From Octopus sinensis (lineage: Eukaryota), in contig NC_043005.1 of assembly GCF_006345805.1 (NCBI RefSeq), forward strand, positions 101,122,001-101,186,000: a stretch of DNA of 64,000 bases, read 5' to 3'. The first letter of the stretch is position 1. Every line of letters begins with the position of its first letter. The notes under the pieces are model-generated. The model did not search any database and had not been told where the DNA came from. It saw only the letters and a list, made by a program, of their open reading frames with translations. The position numbers were made by a program, and so were the translations under genes. Shown here one piece after another: positions 1-12,529 of this stretch.

Positions 1-339
1 GTAATAAAACATTTAGCAATCAAGTGTTAGGGAGAATTTAAATCAATTGTTCCTTCAAAAGTAAGTTTCAAAAACCAATTATGATTATAGCCCATCCAAT
101 GATGTCTGACAATATCTTGGTTCCAGCTTGGTTCCACCTTCTCACAATTTAATATCCAGCCTCAAATAATGCAACATAAAATTTAATTATGCAGGGTGTG
201 GCTTTATATTGAAAATGGCATGGTCGTATGAAAATATAATGAAAAAAAAATGAATTGCTTTATATTGGAATAGTTGGAGGGAAATTTAGTATTTCATTTA
301 TTTTTCTTACCTTTTGTCTATAGTAAAATAACCCAAGGT

Positions 340-860
340 CTCTGACAGACCTCAGAGTCAAGAAAGACTGTATCACAAATGTCCCTGTAATGAATAGAGC
401 AATTGTATCCAGCATTTTACCAGCTGCATGCAGTTATCAAATTACATCTAACAGAATAGGGCCATTATGTATAAAAGATACAAAACATGAGTACGAGGCT
501 CAGGAATTGGATACAACAAGGATGATTAGAAGAGGAGAGACAAGTAGGACAAGAATACCTGAGTGACAGTGGCATGAACTCAGTCAGATCTGAGGAGCAG
601 AGGTCATTATCATAGTAGTAGAAAAGGCAGAAGGAGAGGAAAGAAAGCATCTGCGAGTAAGAAGTTGGAGCTTCTCTATGCATGATTTTATGTCAATCCG
701 TTTGGTGACCTTTTGCGACAAGCGGTCTGGAATGTCTCCATGGCACTGTGCTAGATGTGAGAGCGATATTGTATGGGCTTCATCTGAACTTTATAGACTA
801 TCAATGAATTAATAGCTGGGCCCTGAAGAGAAGGGCCAAATATGTATGTGTGCATAAAGT
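340..860 (-). mobile_element. Degraded CR1/L2-like LINE, C-terminal RT region
   Basis: Minus-strand translation LIVYKVQMKPIQYRSHI resembles the LYKxxIRPxLEYCSHIW motif; heavily decayed. Confidence 0.5.
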
Positions 861-1224
861 AATATTAGTGGCGGTGTATGTAATTCATTTGTACGATGCA
901 TTGATTCCCTTGTTTCTACTTATGATTCAAGCTGATTCAATTCAGTCAGCTGTTTTAGCAGTGTATGATATGGATGTATAGATATAATATTTATACTGAA
1001 TCCATTGACTGAACCGTTGCATTTAGCTGGTAAATGTTGGGAAAATAGAGATGGAAGATTTTTCCCAGTATATTGGTTCTAATGCTCATTCAATCTTTAC
1101 GTATACTCTAGGGTGTCTCTCCTTTGTAAATTTCAAGGAGTATTATACATAATATAATACCTTATGAACAATACTCCTACTAGTATATAATCCTTCTTCA
1201 TACTTTATATGGGAAGGGATGAAG

Positions 1225-1555
1225 CTAGCATCCTCAACAAGAGAATTTCAAAAATGTGCACGAAAGACAAAAAAGAAATGCATTAACAGAAAAACTGAGC
1301 ATAAAAGACATTAGATGAAGGGCGCAAGAAAGAAAACTGCACTGGTGCAGATGCATATGGATGGGGATAGCTGTATAAAGAAGTACTGTTCCCTTAATGA
1401 AGACGGAGATTGTGGAAAAGGGAAACCTAAGAAGAAGGAACAAAGTGGTAAACAAAGGCTGATTTCAGGACCTTAAACTGCATGTACGAGATGACAAAAG
1501 ACTCAGATGACTGAGGAATCCTGCCTAACCTCAAAGAAACTGAGATTCTGGAAGC
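1225..1555 (+). mobile_element. Degraded RTE-like LINE 3' fragment
   Basis: Reads LTEKLSIKDIR..QERKLHWCRCIW..GNLRRRNK, similar to the fragments at 51965-52200 and 40170-40470. Confidence 0.45.
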
Positions 1556-2138
1556 AAAATATACAATTTCCCCTTCTACCCAATTTTATCCTTAAGCTAT
1601 TCCCACCACCTATCATGTCTTTAACCGCACTATATTGCAGCTGTTATCAAATATGAGTAGAACACAGAACTGTATACTTCATTTTTCTCCTTGATACTTC
1701 CACCCATCCCTTTTAGCACTCAGAACCATTTCACTGTTACCCATCTTCCGTTCTCAATACTCTTCTCTCCATCCACATTTTACATTGATCACCCTCCAGA
1801 ACCACCAAATTATCTCTCTTCCACCACCATACATCTCCCTACTCCACTTTCTATCTCTTACCCCCACACACTCACAACCTACACGCCAACATGTCACCTT
1901 CCCTTCACTCTTTCATCCATCCTCTCTCTTACTTCCCTTGTCAACTGTATCAGCATTATTATTATTACTATTCTGGTGCTCTTTGCCACCTCTTTTCTGC
2001 ACTGTCTATCATCTCACCCCTACCTTCCCGCAACTCATGTACTATTAGTCAACCTTCACCTACCTTAAGTCTACCCAGTTTCTACATTCATCACCAACTT
2101 TTTACTCCTTTCTATACACCCTTCTTATAATTTTTGAA

Positions 2139-2282
2139 CAGGCGTTGCTGTGTTTCCACACCAAATGGTTCCAAGTTCAGTCCGACTGCATGGCACCTTG
2201 GGCAAGTGCCTTCTACTATAGCCTTCGGTTAACCAAAGTCTTGTGAGAGGATTTGGTAGACGGAAACTGAAAGAAACCCATC

Positions 2283-2313
<31 letters not shown>

Positions 2314-2542
2314 AGCATGTATGTATGTATGTGTGTGTATGTGAGTGTGTGTCTTTGTTCCCTGTCATTACTTGACAACCGACGTTGGTGTGTTTATGTC
2401 CCCATAACTCAGGAGTTTGGCAAAAGAGACCGATAAATAAGTACTAGGCTTACAAAGAATAAGTCTCAGGGTTAATTTCTTTGACTAAAAGACCCTTTGT
2501 GCCAGCATGGCCACAGTTAAATGACTGAAACAAGTAAAAGAA
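2139..2542 (+). mobile_element. tRNA-derived SINE, family A (internal (TA)n(TG)n)
   Basis: GTTCAGTCC B-box, GGCACCTTGGGCAAGTG core and CAAATGACTGAAACAAGTAAAAG tail shared with more than 10 copies in the window. Confidence 0.85.
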
Positions 2543-2752
2543 TCTAATATAATAATGAGAGTAGTGTTTTCATATATTTGTATGCGGAGGAGGAGAGAAA
2601 ATAGAAATTCAGTGAAGGAGAAGTAGTGAGAGTAATAGCCCTGACTGAGAGGGAGTGAGAGAAAGTAATAGCAATGAGAGAAAGGAAGGGGGTGATAGAT
2701 GAATAAGGAAGGAAGGGGTCAAAAAACCAGTGTTTGAACTGTGTGAGCATGT

Positions 2753-2784
<32 letters not shown>

Positions 2785-3649
2785 ACGTGGGAAGTATGTG
2801 AATGCTTGTATGAGTGATTATTATGCACCTTATTTATATATAAAATACTACAATTAACCGTCATTACTGACAGCACATGGTCAGCTAGTAAAAGAATAAA
2901 AGAATAAAGCCACAATATTCATCCTCTCACCCATTTCCTATTTCTAACCATTTTTCACTCTCTCATACTCTACTTGGCTGCCCTTCTTTTTCTGATGACC
3001 CACCTCACTTCAACTCACTTCATACCGCAAGTGTCCAGTTCATTACTAATATTTTTATCTCATTCCAGCTCCAACCCAGTCTTCTATAGCTGTGTGGCAC
3101 CTCTACAGCAAGAAACCTGTTCTAATGCAGTCTCTTCTCTCTCACTTTAACCTCTCATCCCATAGCATAAAGCCACTTTCCTCTTTACTATAGTCTCTCT
3201 CATTTGAAGGGGATCTTGGTCTTGCAGGCTGCGTGGCAACCCCACTGGTGTTGGTGACATGAAAAAAGCATCCATTTCATGCTGTAAAGCCATAGGAACC
3301 ATGTCAAAGCGAACATTAGTGCACCATCCAGTCTTCAGATCCTGGCAAACCACCCAACCCATGCCAGCATGGGACATGGATGTTAAATGATGATGATCAG
3401 AGAAGGCAAAAGAAATAAGAATTGAAAATCTAAAAGTGACAAAAAGAACTCAAAAGCAACAAATACAGTTGACCCACAGGCCTAACATGCAGCAAAAAAT
3501 AAGTACATACATTCATCGACACACAAAAGAACAAACATGAATGAACTGCTTTATATATTAAATTGACTGAATATGTAAGGTGGGGCTTCAAAAGGGGTCT
3601 CAGAAAGTAGAGCCTTCCTGAGCTAGTTTCCCACCACATTTCTTAAAAA

Positions 3650-3905
3650 TTGTGGTAGAGGCTTTGGTTTCGGGACCACTCATGTCTAAACACTGAAGTT
3701 GGGGTAAGCAAAGGCATGCTTCCAGTAGAAAATCCAGCTCCAAAAAAGCCTCATGATAGCAAAGGAGAATGGGCACCAGCCAGCCAAAAGGTTGGGATGG
3801 GCTGCACCCACTACCTAAGTTGCTATGGCATTGAGGTAGATCCAGCCACCCTTGTTAACTGGGACAAAACCCGGATTAAAAACACTAGATGATGATGATG
3901 ATGAT
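3650..3905 (+). mobile_element. Retroposon 3' end with (GAT)n tail
   Basis: Reverse-complement match to 39720-39805 (TTGCTATGGCA..GTAGATC..GGGACAAAACCC..ACACT-GATGATG). Confidence 0.55.
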
Positions 3906-3951
3906 TATATAAGGAGGTAACTAAGAAACAAAGGGAGAAGAACAACAAAGA

Positions 3952-4160
3952 AGATCATCATCATCATCATGATCGTTTAACGTCCGTTTTCTGTGCTAGC
4001 CCGGGTTGGGCGGTTCGACCAGGGTCTGGGAAGCCAGGAGGCTGCACCAGGCTCCAGTCTGATCTGGCAGTGTTTCTACAGCTGGATGCCCTTCCTAATG
4101 CCAACCACTCCGTGAGTGTAGTGGGTGCTTTTTACATTCCACAGGCACAGGGGCCAGGGA
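3952..4160 (-). mobile_element. SINE family C ((GAT)n tail)
   Basis: GCTGGATGCCCTTCCTAATGCCAACCACTC core shared with about 12 copies. Confidence 0.85.
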
Positions 4161-4639
4161 TACATTCCATGATAGCTTATCAAAATAGTGATTTTAAGCA
4201 GAGACAGTGAAACTGGGTCGGTGACCAAGTCTCAAGTGAAATGAAACTTTTAGCCACTTCATAATAGACAGTACTGTTAAGAAATGAGGGGATAAATGCA
4301 ATAGGTTCCATGTGCTCTTAAATGGTTAAAAGAGCTCTTCTACAATGTAACTGCATGTATGCGCATTGTAGGTGTTGTGTGGCAAACTGAAAGCTTCACT
4401 GTTACTCCGAGTTTCATATTTCCACTAACATGGAATTAGTGAAATTTTCAGTTTGTAATCAAATAGGATAAAATTCTGTAGAACATACTCAGTGCACCAC
4501 TATTTTTCTTTTCTTCTACTTCATCTAGTTTTTATATCATAAAATTATAAACACAATCAATCTTCTTTTGTGAGAAGTGAGAGTGTGTGGTGTGTGTGTG
4601 TGCATGTGTGTGTGTGTGCTTGTGTGTGAGAGAGCATAA

Positions 4640-4675
<36 letters not shown>

Positions 4676-4983
4676 AAATATATATTATCGTTATCAACCT
4701 CATCATTTTAATATCCGCTTTTCCAAGCTTTCATGGGTCAGACAAAATTTGTTGATGCAGATTTTCTACGACTGGATGCCCTTCCTGTTCCCCACTTTTC
4801 ACCTGTTTCCATGGAAGACTGGAAAGGAACAACATCACTTGTGTGATGGTGATGCTTGCTAACAACCATCACATGATGTCAAGACAAGACACACAGACAC
4901 ACCACACATATATAATATATGCACACACACACACATATATAATACATGCACACACACACACACACATCACACACACACATCAG

Positions 4984-5156
4984 CTGGCGTGGCTGTGTTG
5001 ATAAGATGTTTGCTTTCCAGTCTCATGGTTTCAGGTTCAGTCCCACAGCACGGCACCATGGGCAGGTGTCTTCTAGTACGGTCCCAGGCTGACCAAGGCC
5101 TTGTGAGTGAATTTGGTATGCAAAAGCTGAAAGAAGCTTATTATAGATATGTGTGT

Positions 5157-5198
<42 letters not shown>

Positions 5199-5300
5199 GA
5201 GCTGGTGTGGCTGTGTGGATAGAATGTTTGCTTTCCAGTCACATGGTTTCAGGTTCAGTCCCACAGCGTGGCACCTCAAGCAGGTGTCTTCTATTATATG
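4984..5300 (+). mobile_element. Two partial family A SINE heads separated by (CA)n
   Basis: Duplicated GTGGCTGTGT..GGTTCAGTCCCACAGC heads. Confidence 0.75.
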
Positions 5301-5329
5301 TGTGTGTTCACACAAACACACACATGCAT

Positions 5330-5874
5330 ATACATTATGGCTGATACATAATGCAATTCAATCATATTGGTTGAATTCTGCTAGGATCTGTGTAGTTGTC
5401 TTAAAAGAGAAACTGCAATCAGCTGACCAATTGACTAGATAACCATACATAACTTGAAGTGGTGGGCCGCAATCAGTTTCCCTTTATGTAAACTAATTCC
5501 ATGTAATTCTACAGCTAAATAAATAAAGCGTTACAGCCAATAATGGTTAAGGCATTTCCATTTTCAGAACAGACAGTAATTCAGTGTGACATCTAAAAAT
5601 ATTCACAAGTACAGACAACAGTAATGTTCGTGTATCTAATACAATCAAGTGCATGCAGTCTGTTGATGAGATAATTTGTGCTTGTGCATGAATGTCCATT
5701 GATGTTGGAAGGTATCATAAAAACTGTTTGCTCAAGTTATAAAAAGGTTGATAGAAAGACAATAGATGCTATCTCTGTATGTTGATTTCTTTATTTCCGT
5801 GAGCTTGTCACTTGTTATTAGCAGATAAGAACTCCAGCACTAATCACGTAGTCAGCAACAGCGTCCCAAGATAC
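5330..5874 (-). pseudogene. Candidate last visible pseudo-exon
   Basis: ttatag acceptor at 5875-5876. Phase-1 frame GILGRCC*LRD*CWSSYLLITSDKLTEIKKSTYRDSIYCLSINLF; another frame gives VSWDAVADYVISAGVLIC*. End undefined. Confidence 0.35.
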
Positions 5875-8198
5875 CTATAATTCACAATGTCTGCTTGTAT
5901 TTTTATTAATAAAAATCACACCCACCCTACGAACTGCTCTGATTAAGGTGGATATGTATATATATATATATATATATATGTATGTAAGTATGTATGTAAG
6001 TATGTATGTAAATGTGGTGGGATTATATGCAACAGATACTTCATATTGCTGTTATTTTGTTTGTTTTTTATTTCATTCATGCCAATCAAAATAATTTACA
6101 AGTTGCTTTTAGCTATGCCCAGAAATAGAAATTAGTTCTCTATTGTTACAGAAAAAAAAAAAAAAGCAGACACACACACACTCACACGCACACATACGCA
6201 CAAACACCCTGGCACAGTTTCAGCAATACTGAGAGATTCATATCTAATTCAATGATAAATTACATGCAAGCAATTATGTTGGTGTGGCTCAAGTGTTAGA
6301 GTTCATATCATTACAAAAATCTGGATAATCTTTTTCTAGTTGAGAGATTCCAAGAGACAATAGCGTTGCCTTATTGGATGAAGGTTCAAAAATCTGGATT
6401 CTATCAATGTAATATGTCTTTTACCCTAATTTTTTATTACATTATATGAAAAATAATGTTGGCAGCAGGATTCCACTGGAACAATCTATGAGAATCTTGC
6501 AACTAAATTTATGTAGAGACTTTGGCAAAAAATAAAAATGGTATCTTTTGCAAAAAAAAAAAATGTTAACTCTCGTTGATCTAATCTGCTGTAAAAACAG
6601 CCCAAACAGAGGAGGTGGTTACACATGTGATAAATACTAAGTCAGGGAGGAGATGGCCATGCGTGTAGCAAACATCTAACCTGGGGAGGGTGGTCACATG
6701 TAGCAATTAGCAAGCAAGCTAAAGCTAGAATTCTTCCTAGTATCAATTTCATAATTTAACGAATGTGGTAAAGAAATTCCTTTGCTGGCTTCATGTTCAC
6801 AGGTTCAGTTCCATTGGACGGCACTTTGAGCAAGTGTCTTCTACTTTAACCCCAGGATAACTGAAATCTTGTGAGTGGATTTGTTAGATAGAAACTGAAA
6901 AAAACCCTATCACACACACACACACACACACACACACACCACATGCAAATGCATGTTTGCATGTGAGTTTGTCAGTGTGAGTGTTTATGTGGGTTTGTAT
7001 TTCCCATTGCGTTTACAGGTGTGTTTGGAGGATGTAAACAGACGCTTCTACCTCTAGAAAAAGGTGGCAGTTGGTGTCGGGAAAAGCATGCAGCTATAGA
7101 AAATCTGCCTCAATGCAGTCTCCTCTGATCCATCCGAGCATAGAAAAATTGATATTAAAATGAAGTGGAGGAAGAGGACAAATTTCGACTCTAAGATTTG
7201 AGATACCATATCTGCTTGTGTATAAAATTCACTTTTGCATAAGATAAGCCTCTACCATTTTGTGGGAAAAAAAAAGTATATTTTGTAGTGAGAAACAAAT
7301 TTAATATTTCATCACACACTCATGTAATCAGTATTCCATCCATGATTTGGTTACACTTAAGAACAGAAAAAGTACACCTTACACGTCAACATATTTGGTA
7401 CTTGGATATTTGTTATAGTATAAAAGTCAAATATTAGTTTCACAATGATTTTCTTATTATCCATAAAATTTCAAATTTAAAGAAAATATAATAGTAATAA
7501 CTTGGCATTCACATATTTCCAATATTATTCATAGAGAACATGAAATATTTTGAACTAAGTTAGAAAAACAAGACTATATATTCAATTTTCTAATACTTCT
7601 GCCCGCAAAGAAGCCAAAATTTACAGATAATTACATTGTCGAAATCTTTTCTTACATTTCATCTTTTGTTTTTAAGATTCATTTTATAATAAAACAGTTT
7701 TCTAAACATAAAATTTTAATCATCTCTAGAGTCCCTATATAACATCTCAATATAATGGTCTATCTTAATATCAATCTAAGAAATTTAATCAACTAAAAAC
7801 TGAGTTGTATTTATTCTCAATAGTTTCAAATATTCAAGTGTCTATTCTCTAAAAGGAAAAATCTGTTATTCATAATATTTTCCTTCAAAACATTCTGCTT
7901 TAAAAATTGTCAAGTAAAACAAAACATTATAAGTATTCTATCTTGAAATTATTGAATTATTTACAACAATATATTAATTTGTACCTTAAGCTATTTAAAT
8001 ATTAACAAGCCTCAAGCGATCTCAGTAAGCAATGTCATTGTTAAGTATAACATAATTATATGCATTCAACTTGGTTAATCATCTTTAAAATTAAAAGACA
8101 CTTTCTGATATAAATTAATGCTTCAGAAATTTATAAACTTCAATATTTTATGTCCTGTATTAGTGTGATTTGAGTGCTTCATTTCTCAAAGCATTCAC

Positions 8199-9810
8199 CT
8201 GAAGATTCAGATTTTAACAATTAATGCTGAGTTAACAGTTCAAATTTGTAGCTCTGCAATTGCTTGGAAAATTATCTGTTCATGCAGAGAAAACCATCGC
8301 TATTTCTTCAACAATGCATGCCAATTCTCTTGCCAATGAAGCTGAAATATCACGTTGCCCATGCACAGCTTTTGTCAATCTCAAATTCTAACAATAATTA
8401 CGTGAAGATAACAGAAAATTTGCATTAAATTTTGTAAATATTTTTCAAAAATAATTCCTAAATTTGAAGAGAAAGAGATAATCAGAGGCATCCAGCTTAA
8501 AGCCTTAATCACATCAGCAAATCACTTGGCTTCCCACTAGATTTATTATAGTTCTGCTTAATGGAAACATCATTCAGACTTATTTATTTGTTTATTTATT
8601 TATTTATTTATTTAGACACAAACTGAGACAGAATTTAGATGGAATGTGTCAGTCAGAAGTTACAGGTTACCCAAAGAATATAAACACACAAATCAAGCAA
8701 TACTTTTATGGGTTCTACGTGTTGTTTAATTGGAGTCACGGCATATCTGAATGTAATGAAATGTGACTTTAATACTGAGTAACCGATGATGACAGTGAAT
8801 TAGCTCAATACTTTCCAGATAAATTCTTGACAATAACCAACAGTAATCCCTGAAAGTAATCTTCAAGAGTACTACAAATTTAACTCATCTACTATATCTA
8901 AAGAAACACCGTTTCGACTCTGTGCTTGAGGAGACCTGTTGAGTCAAGTACATCAACATCAAAATCAATGGAAATTGTAGTTGTGATGCCTGTGCCGGTA
9001 TCACGTAATAAGCACCATCCGAACGTGGCCAATGCCAGTGCCGCCTTGACTGGCTTCCGTGCCGGTGGCACATAAAAAGCACCAACCGATCATGGCCGTT
9101 GCCAGCCTTGCCAGTGGCACGTAAAAAGCACCCACTACACTCACAGAGTGGTTGGCGTTAGGAAGGGCATCCAGCTGTAGAAACACTGCCAGATCAGACT
9201 GGAGCCTGGTGCAGCCTCTTGGCTTCCCAGAGCCCAGTCGCACTGTCCAACCATGGAAAACAGACATTAAACGATGATGATGATGATCTAGAGTTATAGA
9301 ATCAGAATGTGTTGATATTTTCTGGAAATTTGGAATTCAACTTCAAACTGTTTTTCACAAGCCATACTAACTTGATGAAATGAGATAATGAAAAGAATGA
9401 TGATAATAATGATGATGATGACAATGATGGTTGTGATCTTGATGATGATGATGATGATGGTTGCGAAAATGTTTCTAATTCCTGAATGCTTCTCCAGGCT
9501 GTTTTGGAAGTACTGACGTATAGAATTCATATCAAAAGTCTTTATTATATCCATTGATATAATTAAATTATTATATTTTATACATATATGAATTACAAGA
9601 ATCAGTTATTCATGATATTCTCCATAATTCCCTTTGATGACCTAACTCTCTGTACGCAGTCCTAATTCATAACATAATCCATCGAGTTACTTTGATTCTG
9701 GCAAACGATCTACCTCTCGCATCAATTGAAATCAATACAAGAGTTTCCTGTCCAATAAACAGCATCAGATAACCTAACTCCAAGCTGAGCAGCGTGAATT
9801 TTAAACATAC
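8199..9810 (-). pseudogene. Large pseudo-exon interrupted by a SINE and microsatellites
   Basis: aatag acceptor, then GMFKIHAAQLGVRLSDAVYWTGNSCID, a 1-nt frameshift near 9729, QLMREVDRLPESK*LDGLCYELGLR..MDIIKTFDMNSIRQYFQNSLEKHSGIRN, SINE 8905-9287, ..RYAVTPIKQHVEPIKVLLDLCVYILW.., ending at cag|GTGAAT. Could be several smaller exons. Confidence 0.5.
8905..9287 (+). mobile_element. SINE family C with internal ~62 bp repeats
   Basis: Family C core, repeated GGTGGCAC(G/A)TAAAAAGCACC units, (GAT)n tail. Confidence 0.85.
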
Positions 9811-9879
9811 CTATTTATTCCTCTCAAAATTAGAAATCTTATACCATAGCTTTCCACAAAAAGACATTTTTTTTTTTGC

Positions 9880-10320
9880 ATTTTCCTTGTTTCAATCATT
9901 GGACTGTGTGTGGCCATACTGGGGCACTGCCCAGAAGATTTTAGTCAAACAAAGTACCCCTAGTACTTATATTAAAGTCTGGTACTCTATTGATCACTTT
10001 TACTGGACTGCTAAGTTACAGGGGTGTGAAATAATAAACACTGGTTGTCAAGCAGTGGGGAGTGGGACAAACACACACAGAGGCACACACATGCACACAC
10101 ACACAACAGGCTTCCACACAGTCTCCGTCTACCAAATGGGATAAGCACAAACACACATACACACACACATGGCAGGCTTCAGCACAGTTTCCATCTACCA
10201 TATTCACAAACAATCATTGGTGAGCTCAGGGCTATAGAAAATTCTTACCCAAGGCCCACACAAGGGACTGAACCAGAAATCATGTGATTCTAAGGGAGCT
10301 TCTTAATCACACAGCCATAC
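9880..10320 (-). mobile_element. SINE family A, diverged
   Basis: Reverse complement of the family A consensus with (CA)n centre. Confidence 0.75.
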
Positions 10321-10715
10321 CTAACTGTCTAATAAAAAATTAATGATATTTTAGGAGAAAAAAGTCAAATCTAATATAATATAAAAGCCAGGGATTATAC
10401 CTAAAATTCACATAAGTTTTCAGATAAGTTGTGAAAAGATTTACGAGCTAACAGAAAACAAAAAATACTGAGATGAGTTAATATCATCACAATCGCATAA
10501 CAAAAGACAAGACTTCTGGTTTTAATTATTTTGCATTCAGCATAATTTTATATCTGTTTTATTTGCTAGCAAAAAAACAAATGTCTGTTCTTATTTTGAG
10601 TTACACTGTCTCCCCAAGATGGGGCTGAGACGTCTTGTTCATATCTTCTATTTTTGATCTATTCTCTATGGCTGGATTTCTTTTCTAACACTGACCATTT
10701 TACAGAAAGCACTGT

Positions 10716-10875
10716 CAATCTCAAAATGCTGAGCTTTATGATGAAGGCTGATCTCAAAATGTTGAGCCTTATGATGAAAGCTGATCTCAAAATGTTGAGC
10801 CTTATGATGAAAGCTGATCTCAAAATGCTGAGCCTTATGATGAAGGCCAATCTCAGAATGCTGAGCATTATGAAA
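10716..10875. repeat. 33-bp minisatellite, about 4.7 copies
   Basis: Unit CTGATCTCAAAATG(C/T)TGAGCCTTATGATGAA(A/G)G. Confidence 0.9.
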
Positions 10876-11786
10876 GAGATGACAGAGGACCAAGATATGT
10901 GGCACATTACTATACTCAAGAAGACCTGCCTAGCACAACAGAACTGATGTCCTAAAACCAAGGTGCCACATAAAAAGTGCTGGTGATAGTACCATGTAAA
11001 AAATACCTAGGACACTCTGCTAAGTGGTTAACATTAGGAAGGGAATCCAGCTGTAGACACCAAGCCAAAGCAGACTGTGGAACCTGAAGCCATCTAACCC
11101 ATGCCTGGATGGAAGACAGATGCTAAATGATGATGACTGTATATGTTTTATAATAAAATAAATAATAATGAAATTATTGTATACAGTGCTCAGGTGCACC
11201 ACAACTTGTCAAAAGTGCATATGACATCAGCACTAGACAGCTTGCATAGTTCTTGTGTCCTCTTTATTCTACATTGTCACCATTTACTCAAAGCCACATG
11301 ACCCAAGAGAGTGAACCGAAAAGAATGGTGAAGGTACAAGAACCAGGGAGAGAGGGTAATAGAAAAGAGAGAGAGAGAGAGAGAGGGGTCAAAATAACAG
11401 GTGTAAGAGGGTGGTAGAGGAAAAGAGACAGTAATAGACAGCAAGGTGTTGACCGCTGACAAGTATAGTGAATAAAAAACTGTGTGAGTGGTGTGATGGA
11501 GAGAAGAGAGATTGAGAGAAAGAAGGTAGGTTGATAGAGGAGAAAAGGAAGGAAAGAGCGACTGGAAAGAAACAGGGAGGTACAGGGACAATGAAGTAAG
11601 GAGAGATTAATGTGAGCAAGGGGACCATAATGATTTGTGATGGTAAGAAAGAAAGAGTGATGTTAAGAGAGTGGTAGGAGTCAGTATGAGTGACAAGGAG
11701 AGAGGAATAGTGGGAGAGTGTTGGGTAACAATGGTTTCTGATTTTGGTACAAAGCCAGCAAGTTATAAGGAGAAAGGGCTAGTTAA

Positions 11787-12165
11787 TACCTATTTCTTTA
11801 CTACCCACAAGGGGCTAAACAAAGAGAGGATAAACAAGGATAAACAAACGGATTAAGTCGATTACATCAACCCCAGTGCGTAACTGGTACTTATTTAATC
11901 GACCCCGAAAAGATGAAAGGCAAAGTCGACCTCGGCGGAATTTGAACTCAGAACATAACGGCAGACAAAATACTGCTAAGCATTTTGCCCGGTGTGCTAA
12001 CGATTCTGCCAGCTCGCTAGTTAATACCATTGGCCCAAGTACAAGACAGGTACTTCATTTTATCAAGCCCGTAAAGATGAAAGGTAAAGACGACATAGGA
12101 AGGATTTGAACTCAAAACATACAGTATTACAAAAAATACTACAAATTCTGCCGGCTCGCCACCCC
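11787..12165 (-). mobile_element. SINE family B, one full and one partial copy
   Basis: Reverse complement of GGCGAGCTGGCAGAA..GAGTTCAAATTCCGCCGAGGTCGACTTTGCCTTTCATC..GCCCCTTGTGGGTAGTAAAGAAATAGG. Confidence 0.85.
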
Positions 12166-12272
12166 ACCTACAAATAAAGAAAGTTGATTTATAAGACTGA
12201 ACATAGGCAGGTCAAATATCATCTCTCATTAGACAAGCAGCATGATTTCAATGAATGTAAATGGATTCAAAG

Positions 12273-12515
12273 AGTGGCTTAGTGGTTAGGGTGTCAGCAT
12301 CATGATTGTAAGATTGTGGTTTTGATTCCTGGACTGGGTGACTCGTTGTGTTCTTGAGCAAAACATTTCATTTCATGTTGCTCCAGTCCACTCAGCTGGC
12401 AAAAATGAGTAACACTGTGATGGACTGGCGTCCTGTCCAGCTGGAGAACACATATGCCACAGAAACCGGGAACCGGGCCCATGAGCCTGGCTAGGTTTTA
12501 AAAAGGCGCATTTAT
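12273..12515 (+). mobile_element. tRNA-derived SINE, family E
   Basis: GTGGCTTAGTGG A-box and TTTGATTCC B-box; related to 30670-31100. Confidence 0.75.
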
Positions 12516-12529
12516 CTTATTTATTAAAT

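Noticed and set aside
1600-2130. Overlapping ORFs in pyrimidine-rich DNA (also 11277-11628, 27368-27776 and 39852-40163)
   Set aside because: Low-complexity strand-biased tracts deplete stops; no recognisable motifs.
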